Shown piece by piece: positions 47,753 through 61,200 of a stretch of DNA of 64,000 nt. The stretch lies in contig NOWV01000026.1 of NCBI GenBank assembly GCA_003344405.1, positions 372,001 to 436,000 on the forward strand, read 5' to 3'. The number at the start of each line of letters is the position of its first letter. The first letter of the stretch is position 1. The stretch comes from Trichoplax sp. H2 (lineage: Eukaryota). The notes under the pieces were generated by a model, which searched no databases, was not told the origin of the DNA, and was given only the letters and a program-made list of their open reading frames with translations. The position numbers and the translations under genes were made by a program.

Positions 47753-48677
47753 TTGTACCATTCATGCCACTAGTATTTTGCAGTGTCTTAATGATATCGA
47801 ATTCCAGCGGTTTTTTAAAATCATATTCCAATAATACCTTCGGCCGATAATGTACACGTAGTACAGTATATATAATTTATCAGTTATGTTTGCTGTACAA
47901 ATATGGTACTGTATAACGATAAAGTTTTGGCTATTATAATACATTTGATGATGTAGTTTACAGAGGATTTTAATATTTACTTTGATCTATTTTGCTATTG
48001 CTTAATGAACCTTGCATCAGCTGTGTCATTCATTCTGAACTTAAGATTGGTATCGAATATGTAGCTACACTACACATGTCAGCAATAAGCTATTACCCCA
48101 ATTTGGGTAATTTCGTCTGTGGTATTCCTATCGAACTTAGTATCATCTTGTAGGGAAACAACAGAATAATAAATTGATGCGGTTGGATCTTGTTTATCAA
48201 TTTGTAAATTTTGTAATAATTTTAATTTTAATTTGATGAAGTGTCAATATCAATTTGTCCTAGTGAATTAATTCAATATGCCACTAATAATACCCTTAAC
48301 AAATAATTATTAATTTAACTCTAATGAGTTCCCGTTTCAATTAACTTGTATTAATCAACTATTCTCATGGGTTCATTCATTAGAAATCATACAGTATCAT
48401 AGAACCGATAATGGAGCAAATTGCAGTAAATTATTGGTAAATAACTTTACAGATTACTACAGTAGTATGTGTAAAATTTAGAAAATTTTTAAAGACATTA
48501 GATCATCACATAACCGTGTACAGTAATAGATAAATTATAGTATCAATTTCAATTGCTATTACAGACCAGCGAAGGCTACAAGCTCGCAACTTTTTAAAAG
48601 GGCTTCAGATTCATTTATAGGAAGTAAGAAAAAGATTACGTAGTTACAACAGCAGCGGTGACGTCCCTATAACCAAA

Positions 48678-50237
48678 TTAAAGACTATACAGGTATGTTG
48701 AAGTAATAACGAAACCAGTACCAACGAAAAAATTGGTCGTTGGTGTAAAATCTTGCAGCCAAATCCACGAGATGTAGCCCATCAATAAGATCGATACCGC
48801 CGCAGCAAAACCCTTTAAGATATTATCAGCGTACTTAACAACATTAGCAACAATTAAACCACCTACTGCTTGTAATATTACCACAATCCAGGTTAGATAG
48901 TTATAACCGTAGAAGAAGCCTTTCGCTCTAATAATATGCCAATCATTAAAAAGAATGCCGAGGGAACTGCATAGAATAGAGAATCCACCAAGTTGTAAAT
49001 TTCTCATCCATAGCGAGACTGCGGAACCTTTTAAGATCATTTCAAAGTAAACTCCTGAGAATCCGCTAGTTAAACAAGCGCATAAAACTGCAATCAATCC
49101 AATAGTAGGAGATCCTTGAGCATTTGACGTTGATTTAGACGATTGGCCATTAGTTGCTAACTACAGTTGTTCATACAAGAAATGAGGTTGAGATGATTTC
49201 TTTGACATACTCATACTTAGTAAATCAGTAATTAATTAGTACATCATTCATTATTTTATCTTTCAAAGCTATAGTAAATCTGAAGCACAACTGTATGCAG
49301 TATACAGTAGCGTACAGTAGGAAGGCTATTCGTTACAAATGTTGGAAGCGAATCAATCTTCAATCTCATTTCCACTTTTTCAGTACTGTAGCCCAATTTA
49401 CAATCAACTTGATCCCTATCAACTACATTGTCAGCTCTTACAGGTTGTCAGGCGGTAACGTACTGCAAAATAGATTTCCTTTTAACACAGTACAGAGTAA
49501 TTCACCAGAGTCTGAGAAGCTATGGTAATGTATAAGCACGAGTGATTTCTACATCAAACGCAGTTGTAGAGCATGAAATGACGATTCCTTGTTTACGTAG
49601 ATGGTCCAGTTTAACTTTAGGAATAAATCTCAATTTTATTCAGCATAGAATGTATTTATACTATAATTTTATCATACGAATACTAACTCAAGTAGTGCTT
49701 GATGATACAGTGGCAATTCAATATCCATACATATACAACATTAAGTTATCAAATTACCTGAACTAAAGCTATTCCACATGTGAGCTGCACTAAAGCAAAC
49801 CATTTTAAAGGATTCAATTTTTTCCCCATCAAGATAACAGAAAATATCGCGGTTGCTAATATCTTTAACTGATAGGTTACTTGATAGGTTGCAGCGTCTA
49901 AATTTGATAAGGCTAAAAATAGTAAATTGTTCTGGACAGTGTATAATAACGCCGGTACCGATACTTTAAGAGTATCTAATGGCTTTGACAAAATTTCTCG
50001 TCTAATGTTTGAAATGGATTTGGAGAAATTAAAGTTATTATTATAGTGTATCATAAACATATTAATGATAATCTTGACAATTTCAGCTAATAGAACTGCT
50101 GTTGATGATAGATAACGCGTTGCTCCAGCTTGACTAGTTCTAGAGTAACGTAAAATTAAAACAAATATAGTAGTCTGCAATGTTAACACAACTAAGCTAA
50201 TAACACGAGGTGAAAATAGCGTTGAGTTTGTGGCCAT
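48678..50237 (-). CDS. SLC35A3: Golgi nucleotide-sugar transporter SLC35A2/A3 family. Exons 49758-50237 and 48678-49160
   Basis: SLVVLTLQTT..LRYSRT, YLSSTAVLLAE, VPALLYTVQNNLLFLALSNLDAATYQVTYQLKILATA, SGFSGVYFEMILK, VVKYADNILKGFA; one phase-0 GT-AG intron. Confidence 0.9.
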
Positions 50238-50399
50238 AATTCAAGACTCTCGAAGCAATTGACAACTACTGTAAATTAGATTATGGTTAGCAGTAAATTG
50301 CAATAATAATAAGAATAATTCTAATGAACTATTAACCAAAATGGATGCCGTAAAGTAGGGTAATAGGGTATTTTATAAATGAAGATATCACGGTTACCT

Positions 50400-51080
50400 G
50401 CTAACTACTGTACAGTACAAAGACAATTGTCTTCTCTTGACGGCACTACAGTACAATATACTGTATGTGCTATGCTGTACTGTAATGGACAGTACAGTAC
50501 GTCGATCGCTTCCATTTTCTTGATAGTAAAAGCTATTAAAATTGAAATTTCTTACAATGGGAACCCTCCTTTACAACGATTGATGTTCAATAATGGTAAA
50601 ACTAAGTTAGCTAACCACCACCATCAAGACCTCCACTTCTTGACTGTACTAAAACTAAATCGACTTTTAGCCATCTGCAAATCGACAGTACAATACAGTA
50701 CAGTACAGCACAGTACAGTTGTAAGTGCAACGATTGATGTTCAATGATGGTAAAACTAAGTTAGCTAAACACCATCATCAAGACCTCCACTTCTTGACTG
50801 TACTAAAACTAAATCGACTTTTACCCATCTACAAATCGACAGTACAGTACAGTACAGTACAGTACAGTACAGTTGTAAGTGCTACAGTACATTGTTCTAC
50901 GATGGGCTAATCTGAAGCAGTACTGTACACTGTACAGTACTGTACTGTACTGTACAGTACACTGAGTGTACAGTCAAAAATCGGAACGGTCTACAGTACT
51001 GTACACTTTACTACAGTACTGTATACTGTACTGTACTGTACTGTACTGTACTAACTATTGTCAGACGAGCACATACTGTA
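50400..51080. promoter_or_regulatory. Putative bidirectional promoter SLC35A/NELFB with (TACAG)n and (CTGTA)n arrays
   Basis: About 870 bp separate the divergent start codons. TACAG runs lie at ~50685-50720 and ~50840-50875; CTGTA runs lie at ~50920-51050. Confidence 0.65.
50574..50882. repeat. Tandem duplication of a 154-bp unit inside the SLC35A/NELFB intergenic promoter
   Basis: CAACGATTGATGTTCAAT...CAGTACAGTTGTAAGTG starts at 50574 and again at 50728, with few substitutions. Confidence 0.95.
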
Positions 51081-51110
51081 CTAACAGTAACAGTCTTTTT
51101 GGGAGCAAAC

Positions 51111-53576
51111 ATGGAGCCACTCGATGGCAAGCAAGGTCAACGTTACTTAAGAATACAATTTGCGAATGCAGATAATCCACTAACCATCATAGAAAACTTC
51201 CAAAAGGAAAATAATGTTAAAGTTAGTGAAGAATTCCGTTGTTGCGTTCCGTTATTAGACTTACTAGGAGTACCTAGGCTAGAATTGCATCGATCTTTGA
51301 TTGATGCTTTGCGAAAGAGGTTGACTGAAGAAGTGGAGAAAAGCAATCCGGAAAAGTTGCAACAATTACTTGCGGTAACTTTCCCTTCCATCCATATAAA
51401 ATCGATCAGACCAGTATGCATCGAAATCATGAAGCGTTTGCCAAGTTTGCCACAAAATTATCTAACTTTGTTAGAAGACAATCAAGATTTACTTCAAATA
51501 TTGCCAATCGAAGTCCGACGACAGGTCTGGCAGAATAACCTCAAACTCTTTGCTCTCGAAATTAATCCCTTAATTGACACCTACCTTCGAAGCACCGAAG
51601 ACTTCATGTTTTCCTTGAATTTCGATAAGCAGCAGCATTTCTTCAATAAAGCACCTCGAAAACGTCGCCAGAATGAAGTATTACAAAAAATAGTAGAATT
51701 GATTGGTAGATCAGTGAAATTATATAACACCACCTTACAGATTCTGAGAACGCTCTATTTTAGAAATGCAATTGAGCATTATTGTACCTTACGCTTGGAA
51801 ATTTTGATGAAACTACACGATAATGATGTCAGAGAGATATTATCCCTTGATCCATGCTATAAATTTGTATGGTGTTTGGATGCTTGCCTACGTGATGGCC
51901 TGGTTGATAGTAAACGTTGTAATGAATTAATTGCATTAATGGAAGAAGCTACAAAGGAAAGTGGCAAGCAAATATTGGGGTAAAATTTGAATGAATGACT
52001 TATCATCTCCATGTTAATAATGAATAATACTTCCAAATGCCTAATATAGTTGCAATTGAGGCTGATTTATATAATTAATTGCTAAGTAATGGAAAATTGC
52101 ATTCATTCTATGCTTTCAGCGACTTTGCTATTATTTTAGCGGACCCATTTGTTATCCATGCTTTGACTGGGACTATATTCAGGAGTATTCAGCTACTTTA
52201 TGACCAAGAATTGCTACCAAGGGTAAGTTTACCATATCAATAAGCAACAGTAGTTAGCTTGTAGGTTTATTTGTAGATAAAGTAAGTAACTGCCGTTCGT
52301 TCAGCCTTACAATTCTGTAAAGTAATTATTTTGTACTGGTTGCTATCACGCATGCTCTTGTGGTAGTGATGATCAAATTTATTAGTTCTTATTTGCCTGT
52401 ATAAAGCTAAATTGCATGACCATTGAGTATCCCTATTGATACGTTATATGATGAAGATGTATGTCTACTAATTACTTTGCTCACATCACTGCTTTATAGG
52501 ATGTTCCGTTATTGCACTCGTTACTTAGACTTTTATCGCTTGGACTCAACGCTTCGCAAATGATACATCGGCAAGATTTTGCCGAAATTGATATTGTAAG
52601 GCTTAAGCAAAAGAAGATAGTTAAATGAATTAAAATATGCATTGAAATGGCTATCTAAAATAGTATCAATAATCATGTAAATGAGATATATCGCATACAA
52701 GTTGACCGCAGTTATTTCTGCAGATATTAACAGAGTAGATTATGTGGCACAATCTAAATTATGAAATTTTACTAATCTATTATAGGATAATGTTATTGTG
52801 CTGCGATTTATACCGACAATTATGCTGTTAATTCACTCTCTGAAAAATAATGGTGTATGTCCTCCAAACATAGACTTAGACTTTTTCTCTTCGTATATTC
52901 ATGAAAATCCTATTGCACGTCGGATTGCTTGCGAGCTTATATTACATTTGTGTAATAAACATAACCTGAGCGATCTAAGCCTCTTGCTACCAAAGGTAGC
53001 GCCCGCTTTTAGAACTCCTGATATATCCGATAACATCTTTTTGCATCTATTTATTTATCAACTGGTAATATCATTTCTGGAAGAACACGGAAATGATGAA
53101 TTTTATCAGACAGTATTCGAAGAATTTTTTCTGCAATGTGAAAATGTCGATTGTACCAAACATATGTTACGGTTGCTGTGGTTCAATTACAGAAGAATGG
53201 CATCATCCAATGTTTCTATTATACTGGACTATGTCATTTCAAAAGGACTTGTAAGTAATAGATATAGTTAAGTTTGGGACATACCGTAATTGCTATATTA
53301 CATCCAAGCATTAATAAACACTAATTTAAGTTACATGTTAGTAGTGTACATCATTAGTGCTTAGAGTATCAAACTATAATCTTGGTTGCTACCCAAATCA
53401 GTAGTCACATTCATCTAAATGTATGGTAACCTTTATTACAGGATGATAAATTTACCAAGGATGTGTGTCGTAGCATGATGAAGAGTTTAGAAGCGGACAA
53501 GCTAAGGGCAAAATTTTCAGAGAGAAGATATTCCCATGGTCCTACTTCTACATTGATGGATGATGAATTTGAATAA
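51111..53576 (+). CDS. NELFB: Negative elongation factor B (COBRA1). Exons 51111-51979, 52120-52222, 52500-52595, 52786-53250, 53442-53576
   Basis: IIENFQKEN, PLLDLLGVPRLELH, LPIEVRRQVWQ, RKRRQNEV, HYCTLRLEILMKLHD, DPCYKFVWCLDAC and spliced ILGDFAIILADPF are recalled NELFB motifs. Confidence 0.93.
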
Positions 53577-55225
53577 TACTTTCTAGTTGTTAAGTTATAA
53601 TGGAATTGAGATAGGTTTTATTTTATTATAGCATATTATTCTATATCTTCGTTATCGATTAATTGATGTTATGTAACTGGAAGTTTACTATTACATCAAA
53701 AATTAATATAAGCCTTTGTTACTTAAATTAAGTATAAAATCTTCCAATTGGATTGTAATATAGTTCTACGTACAGTACATTGGGCTGACATTAACTCCTA
53801 AGATATTGCTGTATGAAACGAAGTATTTACTATCTTCTCAACTTGTACATATGCGTATGTAAACATGGCGCTAGTCGTAGATTTCTAAATAGAATGGTTT
53901 GCATCCATTATCTTCAAGTGAATCTAAATCTAAAAATTGAAGTAATTACTTAAAAAATTTTAAATTATGTACAGTACTGTAATTTATGCAACGTGCCTAG
54001 ATATGTGAATATTCGGAATTAATGTGTCATGTTTGTGAATAACTTTTCATCCTTTGAGTAACACGGAATATTTGTGAATATTTGTTAAATATAAGCAAAT
54101 AAAGTAGTGCGTACTAATGATGATAGTCGCGTTCACTAATGTGATTATTTGATACGTGCCGTTAAATAGATGCATAAAGTCTGTAAAAATTGAAAACATT
54201 TTTCTGTTACCATACTATAATTATATCCTGAAGCTAAATAACCATTCTTCATAGACATTCCGTGATTAGTGAATGATATTATGACTGAATAAATTTGTCC
54301 TTTCACCTTAAATGAGACCACAAATGACATTACAACGGTTAATAGAAGCTCATAGCGCGGCTGTTACTGATAAATCTGGTTGTAAATCGTACTACATTTT
54401 AAGGCATTAATTAAAATATCTGCTAACTAATGATATCTTAAAATACTGCAACTTAGAAAATGTATATGCCTTAATTGTTTTATGTTCCAACATAATTTAA
54501 TCACAGTACACATACTTGCTATTAATTGTAATGGTTGCATTTACTTTGCTTGTACTGTAGGGATAAACACAAGAAAACAATTTTAATCGAGTATAGTCGT
54601 ATACTGATAAGGTGGCTGAGATAAATATTTCGAAGTAGCTTTTGATAAGGTCGTTACTTAAAATTCGCTCGATCTGCTCGCTAGCAGTAATAATAAGATA
54701 AAATATCTTTAATAACAACTAAGACTAACTTAGTAAATACACAAGTCTCCTAACCCAAGGTAATCATTAGCCTAGTGTTAAAAGTTATTAAGAAAACATC
54801 AACATCAAGATAGAATCAATGTTTTCTACATTACTTAGTGAACTATCTTACTTGATTGTATTTAGAAAAAAAACTACCAAAAGTGATTATTTTAGCCTTA
54901 TGTGCGTTCGGTACTTAGCTTAAATATACAATTAATCATTTTATTATAAATAAACAAACATATTACAAAAAAATTTCTGACGATTAAAAAAGAAAAAGAT
55001 GCTCGTACATCTATAATGATAATCACAGACCAAGCTTTTATCAAGCAACAATCATTTAAATACATTGTAGACACCTTCGTACTCATTCTTGTATTTATTA
55101 GTAGAAAAGCAATATATGAATTCTAAATTGTGAAAGATACCATATCAGTGTTAGAATGATAAATCTATTACAAGAACAGGAAATAGGGTAGCAAAATTAT
55201 AAAGTGCATTTATGACATGGTCTTA

Positions 55226-58200
55226 TTATATTTTTGCCAAGCATTGTTCAACCACAGCTCGTTTATTCGGCGGCATAGCAGATAATAGTTCTTGTTTTTC
55301 TTGATCAGAAACAGACTTTGGATTGTCTTGCAAACGACGCATAATATCATTTAAATTAACCTTAATCTTGGTAGTGGGCGCTGTAACAACATCATTTCCC
55401 GAAGAAGACGGTGTATTAGATCTCGAAGACTGAATGGGTTGTCCTACTCTTTGCGTTTCAGCAATCTTACCAACAACTTGAGAGTCGGCGACGTTTGAAG
55501 GGGACATTTGTTCGCTGGTAGATTGAGAGGCTTGAGGAGATTTCGTAGTAGGCTGTTGAGCTTGTACTTTCTTTTCGCTATTAGCTGGTGGCGAAGCTGT
55601 AGATACTTTCGTGGCTCTTTGCTGAATCTGTTTTGGTCCTTGAACATTTGACTGGCTTGAGGTAGGAGATTCTGGCGAAGACTGAGCTGCTTTTTCCACC
55701 ATTGCAACTGTTCGGATTTCCGATTTCGACGGATTACTAGCTGCAGGAGTGCTAAATTGATTTTTCTTCCGATTGTATACACTAGATCTTTGCACTAGAC
55801 CTGACGAGCGGCTGGCAGAAGTCGCTTGACCAGCTACTATAAATCATAGAATCTTTAGTTTCGAATTAAAATATTCGAATATTTGATACTTTGATTCTCC
55901 GATCACAATCAATTATAATACGGGAGACATGCACATCAGAAAAGTATGAAGTCAAATATTCATTCTCTTACCCCCTGCAGATATGTAAGGTAGTAGACGC
56001 TTCATTGTATCTTTCGCCTATAACCAAATAAAAATTAAAACAACCATTTAATTTTCGCGAGGTACTCATTTTACGTTCATTAATACCGGAAATACGGAAA
56101 TTATACTAGTCATATCCACTAATTAATTATTAAAATCTAGTGGGATTTGTTGTTTGTTAAAATATAGTGCATGTTTATAGAGATTAAGTACATTTTACGC
56201 ACCATATAATATTGTGAACGTTATGTGATGATCATGATGTGTAAACAGCTCGAACTGTTGCTAATGATTATGATCATCGTCATACAGTAATTGCTATTAG
56301 CTTAGGCGTGAACGCGATCAAGCGTTTACTGTTTCGTTTAAGATGAAGTTACATAATGACTTGTAGTACGACAACTAGACTGCATTTATATTATAGATTG
56401 AACCTAATGTATTGTGCGTTAATCCATGACAGACTATGGTATTTAATATTGAAATAGTTGAAAGATGCATTTATCTCATATTAATCTTTAATTTCTATCA
56501 AGTTAAGGTAGTATTCACGGTCCAGTATCCTTTTAGATTTAACAGTTTAGATATTATTTAGGTCTATCTTAGAATTGGTTTTTAAAAGCCTTACTTGATA
56601 TAATTCAACCCGTAGATCATTACTCAGGTCCTTATAATTAGTTGATAGGCTTTTAAAATATGCTATGGCCAAGCTAAACGATGAAGCAAGATATAATATA
56701 CCACGCCAGTTATAAATATAATGAAGCATTTTATGATTATTACTCGATATTGTATCAAGCTTACCATAATAAGATAATAACAGGAATGATAACATGGGCG
56801 CTTGTTATCTGTTCAAAAATAAAGGTCAAGGCCCCGCTATTAGGACTCCTAATGTATTTATCTACGATTAGGTTCAAAGCGGTCGCATTTCCAGTTATAT
56901 TGGTGTTAGTTAAGCTATTATATGAAATATAGACATAAAAATTACTGATTAGAAATATTTCCTAAGGATCTAAGTGCACCGAAAATATGTTTCTGAACGT
57001 AGTTCTACGACATGCTTTGTACAGCGTTTCATTTCTTATTCAATTTATCGTAACAAATACCGATATCTCTAGAGAAAGAAAAAAGTGAATATATAAGACT
57101 TACTACACTTGAAATGGCCCACAATCCGGTGATAAGGCAAAGCTATACCAGCAACATTGTAAAATAGAATTAAAATGATGGAATAACCCGTGAGCCTGTA
57201 TTATCAATGACAATATTTCATATCTTGTAATAAAATACGGATAACAGAATGTGTTTACATGAAGTAATAATGGTTGTACAGTATGTACAATTCTACCAAA
57301 GACGATCTATAACTTAGAATATTAATCGAAATAATTTACATACTTGGAAATGATAATACCATAGAAAATTGTAGTGATAAATAACATCAAGAGACTGATT
57401 AAGTAATATGTGCCCAGAGTGCTTGTAGCTGTAAATACTGTATTTGGCAATACGGTACATGTCATAACCGACCAGCCTTTTAAGTAGAATATCACCAAAT
57501 TTTTAAATAGAGCTAGGATGGGTAAAAAAGGTGAAAAAAACATTCCAAGCCTGATCCGATTGCAAAAACAAAAATAATACAATAATTACAAAATAGATTT
57601 CGATAAATCATAATATTTGGTTAAGTTAGAACTTGCAAATATTCAGCTTTCTTTTAATAAGGCAATTATAAGTATTTGTTACGGCATCAAACTCCAATCG
57701 AGTATTAGTAATATAGCAATGTGAAGTAGCATCAAATACAGTTAAATAAATACATATTTACGAAAGAAAAGCTAGGTATTTATTCGGATCTAAGTTGTTG
57801 CTCTTACCAAGTTAAGCCTTGCGAATAAACGATTTGTAAAATGCTTTGAGCCACAGTAAAAGTCGGATAAGGAGGCTAATTGATGTTAAAATTAAAGTAA
57901 TTAGCACTGCTAGAAAACGATAAAAATTCAATTTTTGGTGTAAAGTAACTGATTTTGTTTACTACTAACTTAAGCAAAGATAAACTCGCAAGAAAATCGA
58001 TTGATACAATGATAGTACCGCAATTTACTTTATATATGAAATTATTCTTAATAATAATTCGAGTACCGAAGCGAATTCAAAACTCAATTAAATACAACAT
58101 ATTTACAGGAAACGTAAACGAAATTAACTACGATTTAAAATACGGACCTCTTTTTTTGTTCGGCAAGCTGGTAAACATCGAACTAGTCCGGCTCTCACAA

Positions 58201-61200
58201 AGTCACCAATTAATACCCCACTAATAACGCTAATTAGATCGATAGTTGAAACTTTAAACAACTCTTGACCAACTGTACTTTCCCAACACTTTCCAATGTT
58301 TTGGCTGCCAGATGCTAAGCGGCATACCTCTCCCGGTGCAAAGAAATTTGTAAGCTTAATGGAATTTGACTAGCGATACAAAATATAAAGTGGAACCATA
58401 TTACTAATTACATACGATCTATTTTTAATATCCACTTGTAACTGCATTGAAAAATTTGATATATGCTGCAGTTATGACTAATTTTTACACTGACCAGCGG
58501 AGTTACGGAAACAATTGATATAACCAATACACTTAGATTAAACAAGTACATGATCATGACCCTGTAGCAATTAAACAAAAGTTTAGAATGAATTTTTTAT
58601 CGTATTTGAAGAGTAAATAAACTAAGCAAGCAAATCTACTTTCGGATATTTTACAAATGAAGAAATAGTTTCAGTAAGCCAAATTAATTTCTATCTTATG
58701 CATGGTATGATTCTAGCTCAAATTACGATACATACTTTATCCGGTATTCATAGATTAAAGATTTAGTTCGATACATATAAATGAACATGATTGGCTTTCA
58801 TTCAATTACCGAAATATTTTCAGTTTCAATTTTGTTTGCTGTTTATAATCCTCAAGGGTAGAGTAAACATCGAATAGTACTGGTGAAATAGCGTTGCATA
58901 GAGCAAGTACGATGGATACCTATAAATCACAAATTTCGACATACTTTTAACTTTATTAAGGTTAAATACTGCTATTGACTATTACTTAGATAATTACACA
59001 TATAAAATAAGGGACTGATTAACAAGCTATAGAACAATGACTGCAACCAGCTCTTCTCTCACTCAATTGAAGGTCATTATTTCAAATATAACATTCGCTA
59101 TTTTGAACCGCAGTAATTATGTAACTAACCAAATATCTCACGATTATATTGGTATGATCTTTTAAGTTGCACTCGTATTGAATTAGGGTGTAAAGAATAA
59201 GTGTTCCGCATCCTAGCCATGTCATGATCACCAATAACCATGCAATAATCCTTCGGATATATTTTATGAATCTAATTTTTCATTGTTTATAAATTTCTTA
59301 GACAGGCGCATTTACGCAATAGATCAGCATGAATATTCAGAAACTATCAAGATCAGAATTGCATATGACAATATAATTATAGTACAGTATGAGATTTCCA
59401 AGACAAGAGATTAGTTAGTAGTGTAACAAAAATACCGGTGTAAAATTGATAACTCGAATATGTACTACTACAGTACTTACATTCCATAGTTTTTGCTCTC
59501 TCGAACATCTCGTAAATCTCCAAGCAATTCCTGCGTAGATTTATTTTTTACATTACTTAGTGCTAGTAAAGCAAGTAGTAACTCCATATGGATTACGTAT
59601 TATTACGATCGAGGCCTGTAATTTTAAAATATCTGAATGGGATACTAACCGTAAATTCTGTCCTAAGGGACTGTTTCTTTGAAATGGCATTGCCTTCGTT
59701 ATTAATTAAGAAATCCCAGTTAGTGCACAATTTCCATATAAAATTGAAATTAGTGCTGGTAACTATCGATATCTTTGTCGTCTTCTTTCGGCTTTGTGCA
59801 ATTCTAGAAGTAAATTGGATTTAATAGACTTGATACAATCGAAATGAAAGATAGTAATCTTGCTACGACGGTACTTGTAGCCATGAACAACCAGTAAATG
59901 TGTAAATCGGTATATCGCTATATTATTTAGTAGTCTATGATGCAGTAGAATACAATGGAAACTAAGGTGGAAAATATACAACATAAAACTATCAAATACT
60001 TCTTTTTAAATACTAAATGCATCACTAGTTAGCAAAATTTCCTATATTTTCAATAACAATATTAAGGGATCAAAATTTATAAATGGCAAACCTTATTAAC
60101 AAAAACGCGTAGCTGAATATATAAGCTCCTGTTGTAGTCAAGAAGTAAGCCAGCGGCAAATTGTATCTTTCAATATTTTTATGCGGAAAGGCAGTGTAAT
60201 TGCCAAAAAAAAGTATGGAATATCGAATAGGGCCCTAAAAAACAATACAGCAGGTTACTTCTATATGTTTACTAAGAATTGTCTATGACGTTACAGTATT
60301 CTCGTAAGGTAGGCACTGATGTCATAAATTCCCGCTCATAATGGTCACAGCTACGCTTTATAGAACAAGAGTATGCTAATTGGAAGTATTTCTTCAAATT
60401 AAGTATCATTTATGTACCTGCTAACATATATATTACATCTTATTAACTTTAATTTAGTGAGATTAAACTTAAAATGCAATTAAAATAGCATATCTTAACA
60501 CTTTACTGTATTTACGGTTTCAGTGATCTACATGCAGTACTTATCTGAAGTTTTTTAAATTAGGGTTGCGATTAGCCCAACTATAGAATATTAAAATTGT
60601 AAACTTACCTGAAAGTTAAGTACAGTCGCTATTCGATCATCTGTAAGGGCAGCAGCAGGAATAGTTGTATCTGTTGCATTAAATAAATACAGCTACAAAT
60701 TCAAAAATAAATTAGAACTTTGAGCACAATATTGGTGGGAAGTAATTATATGATCTAGTTAGTTTGAAGTCCTTATAAGAAACAATAAACATAACCTTAT
60801 ATTTATTAAATTAGCAGGCTAAATTTTTATGCAAAACTCCCTATATAGGCATTAGATCGGCTAAGAAATGACACTGCAAGCAATTTTTGAATAACACGAT
60901 CATGTTCGTAATACGATTTAGTAATACCTTTGGTACAACGACAAATCCCACAAAAAAGAGAGAAAGTACAAGGTTAAGTAAAAATACTCCTCTTACGAAT
61001 ATAAAGTAAGAGGCTACAATAGAACCAAAGAAACCTAGACATTAGCAGAAGAAATTAAATCGCCATTAGCTGATCGCTACGAAAGCTTACTAAATAATGG
61101 TATAATCCAGTTATAATGTCTTTTGACAGCTAGCCACTTTCATTAATTTTATTTTATATCAGAGAATGAATTGATGGAATAGAATAGAATATTTCTAGAT

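Noticed and set aside
50574..50882. Repeat-spacer-like look suggesting CRISPR
   Set aside because: This is a two-unit tandem duplication plus microsatellite in eukaryotic DNA, with no unique spacers or cas genes.
51099..51110. In-frame TTG start extending NELFB (non-AUG initiation)
   Set aside because: It adds only 4 codons, and the ATG at 51111 has a strong context (AAC-ATG-G).
50379..51175. ORFs with STVQY/YCTVL repeats (also 19824-20027, 43194-43403, and the start of 38527-38808)
   Set aside because: These are translations of the stop-poor TACAG/CTGTA arrays, not proteins.
55444..55782. 112-aa overlapping ORF in the TMC last exon (similarly 51143-51430 antisense to NELFB)
   Set aside because: These are shadow frames of real coding sequence with no independent support.
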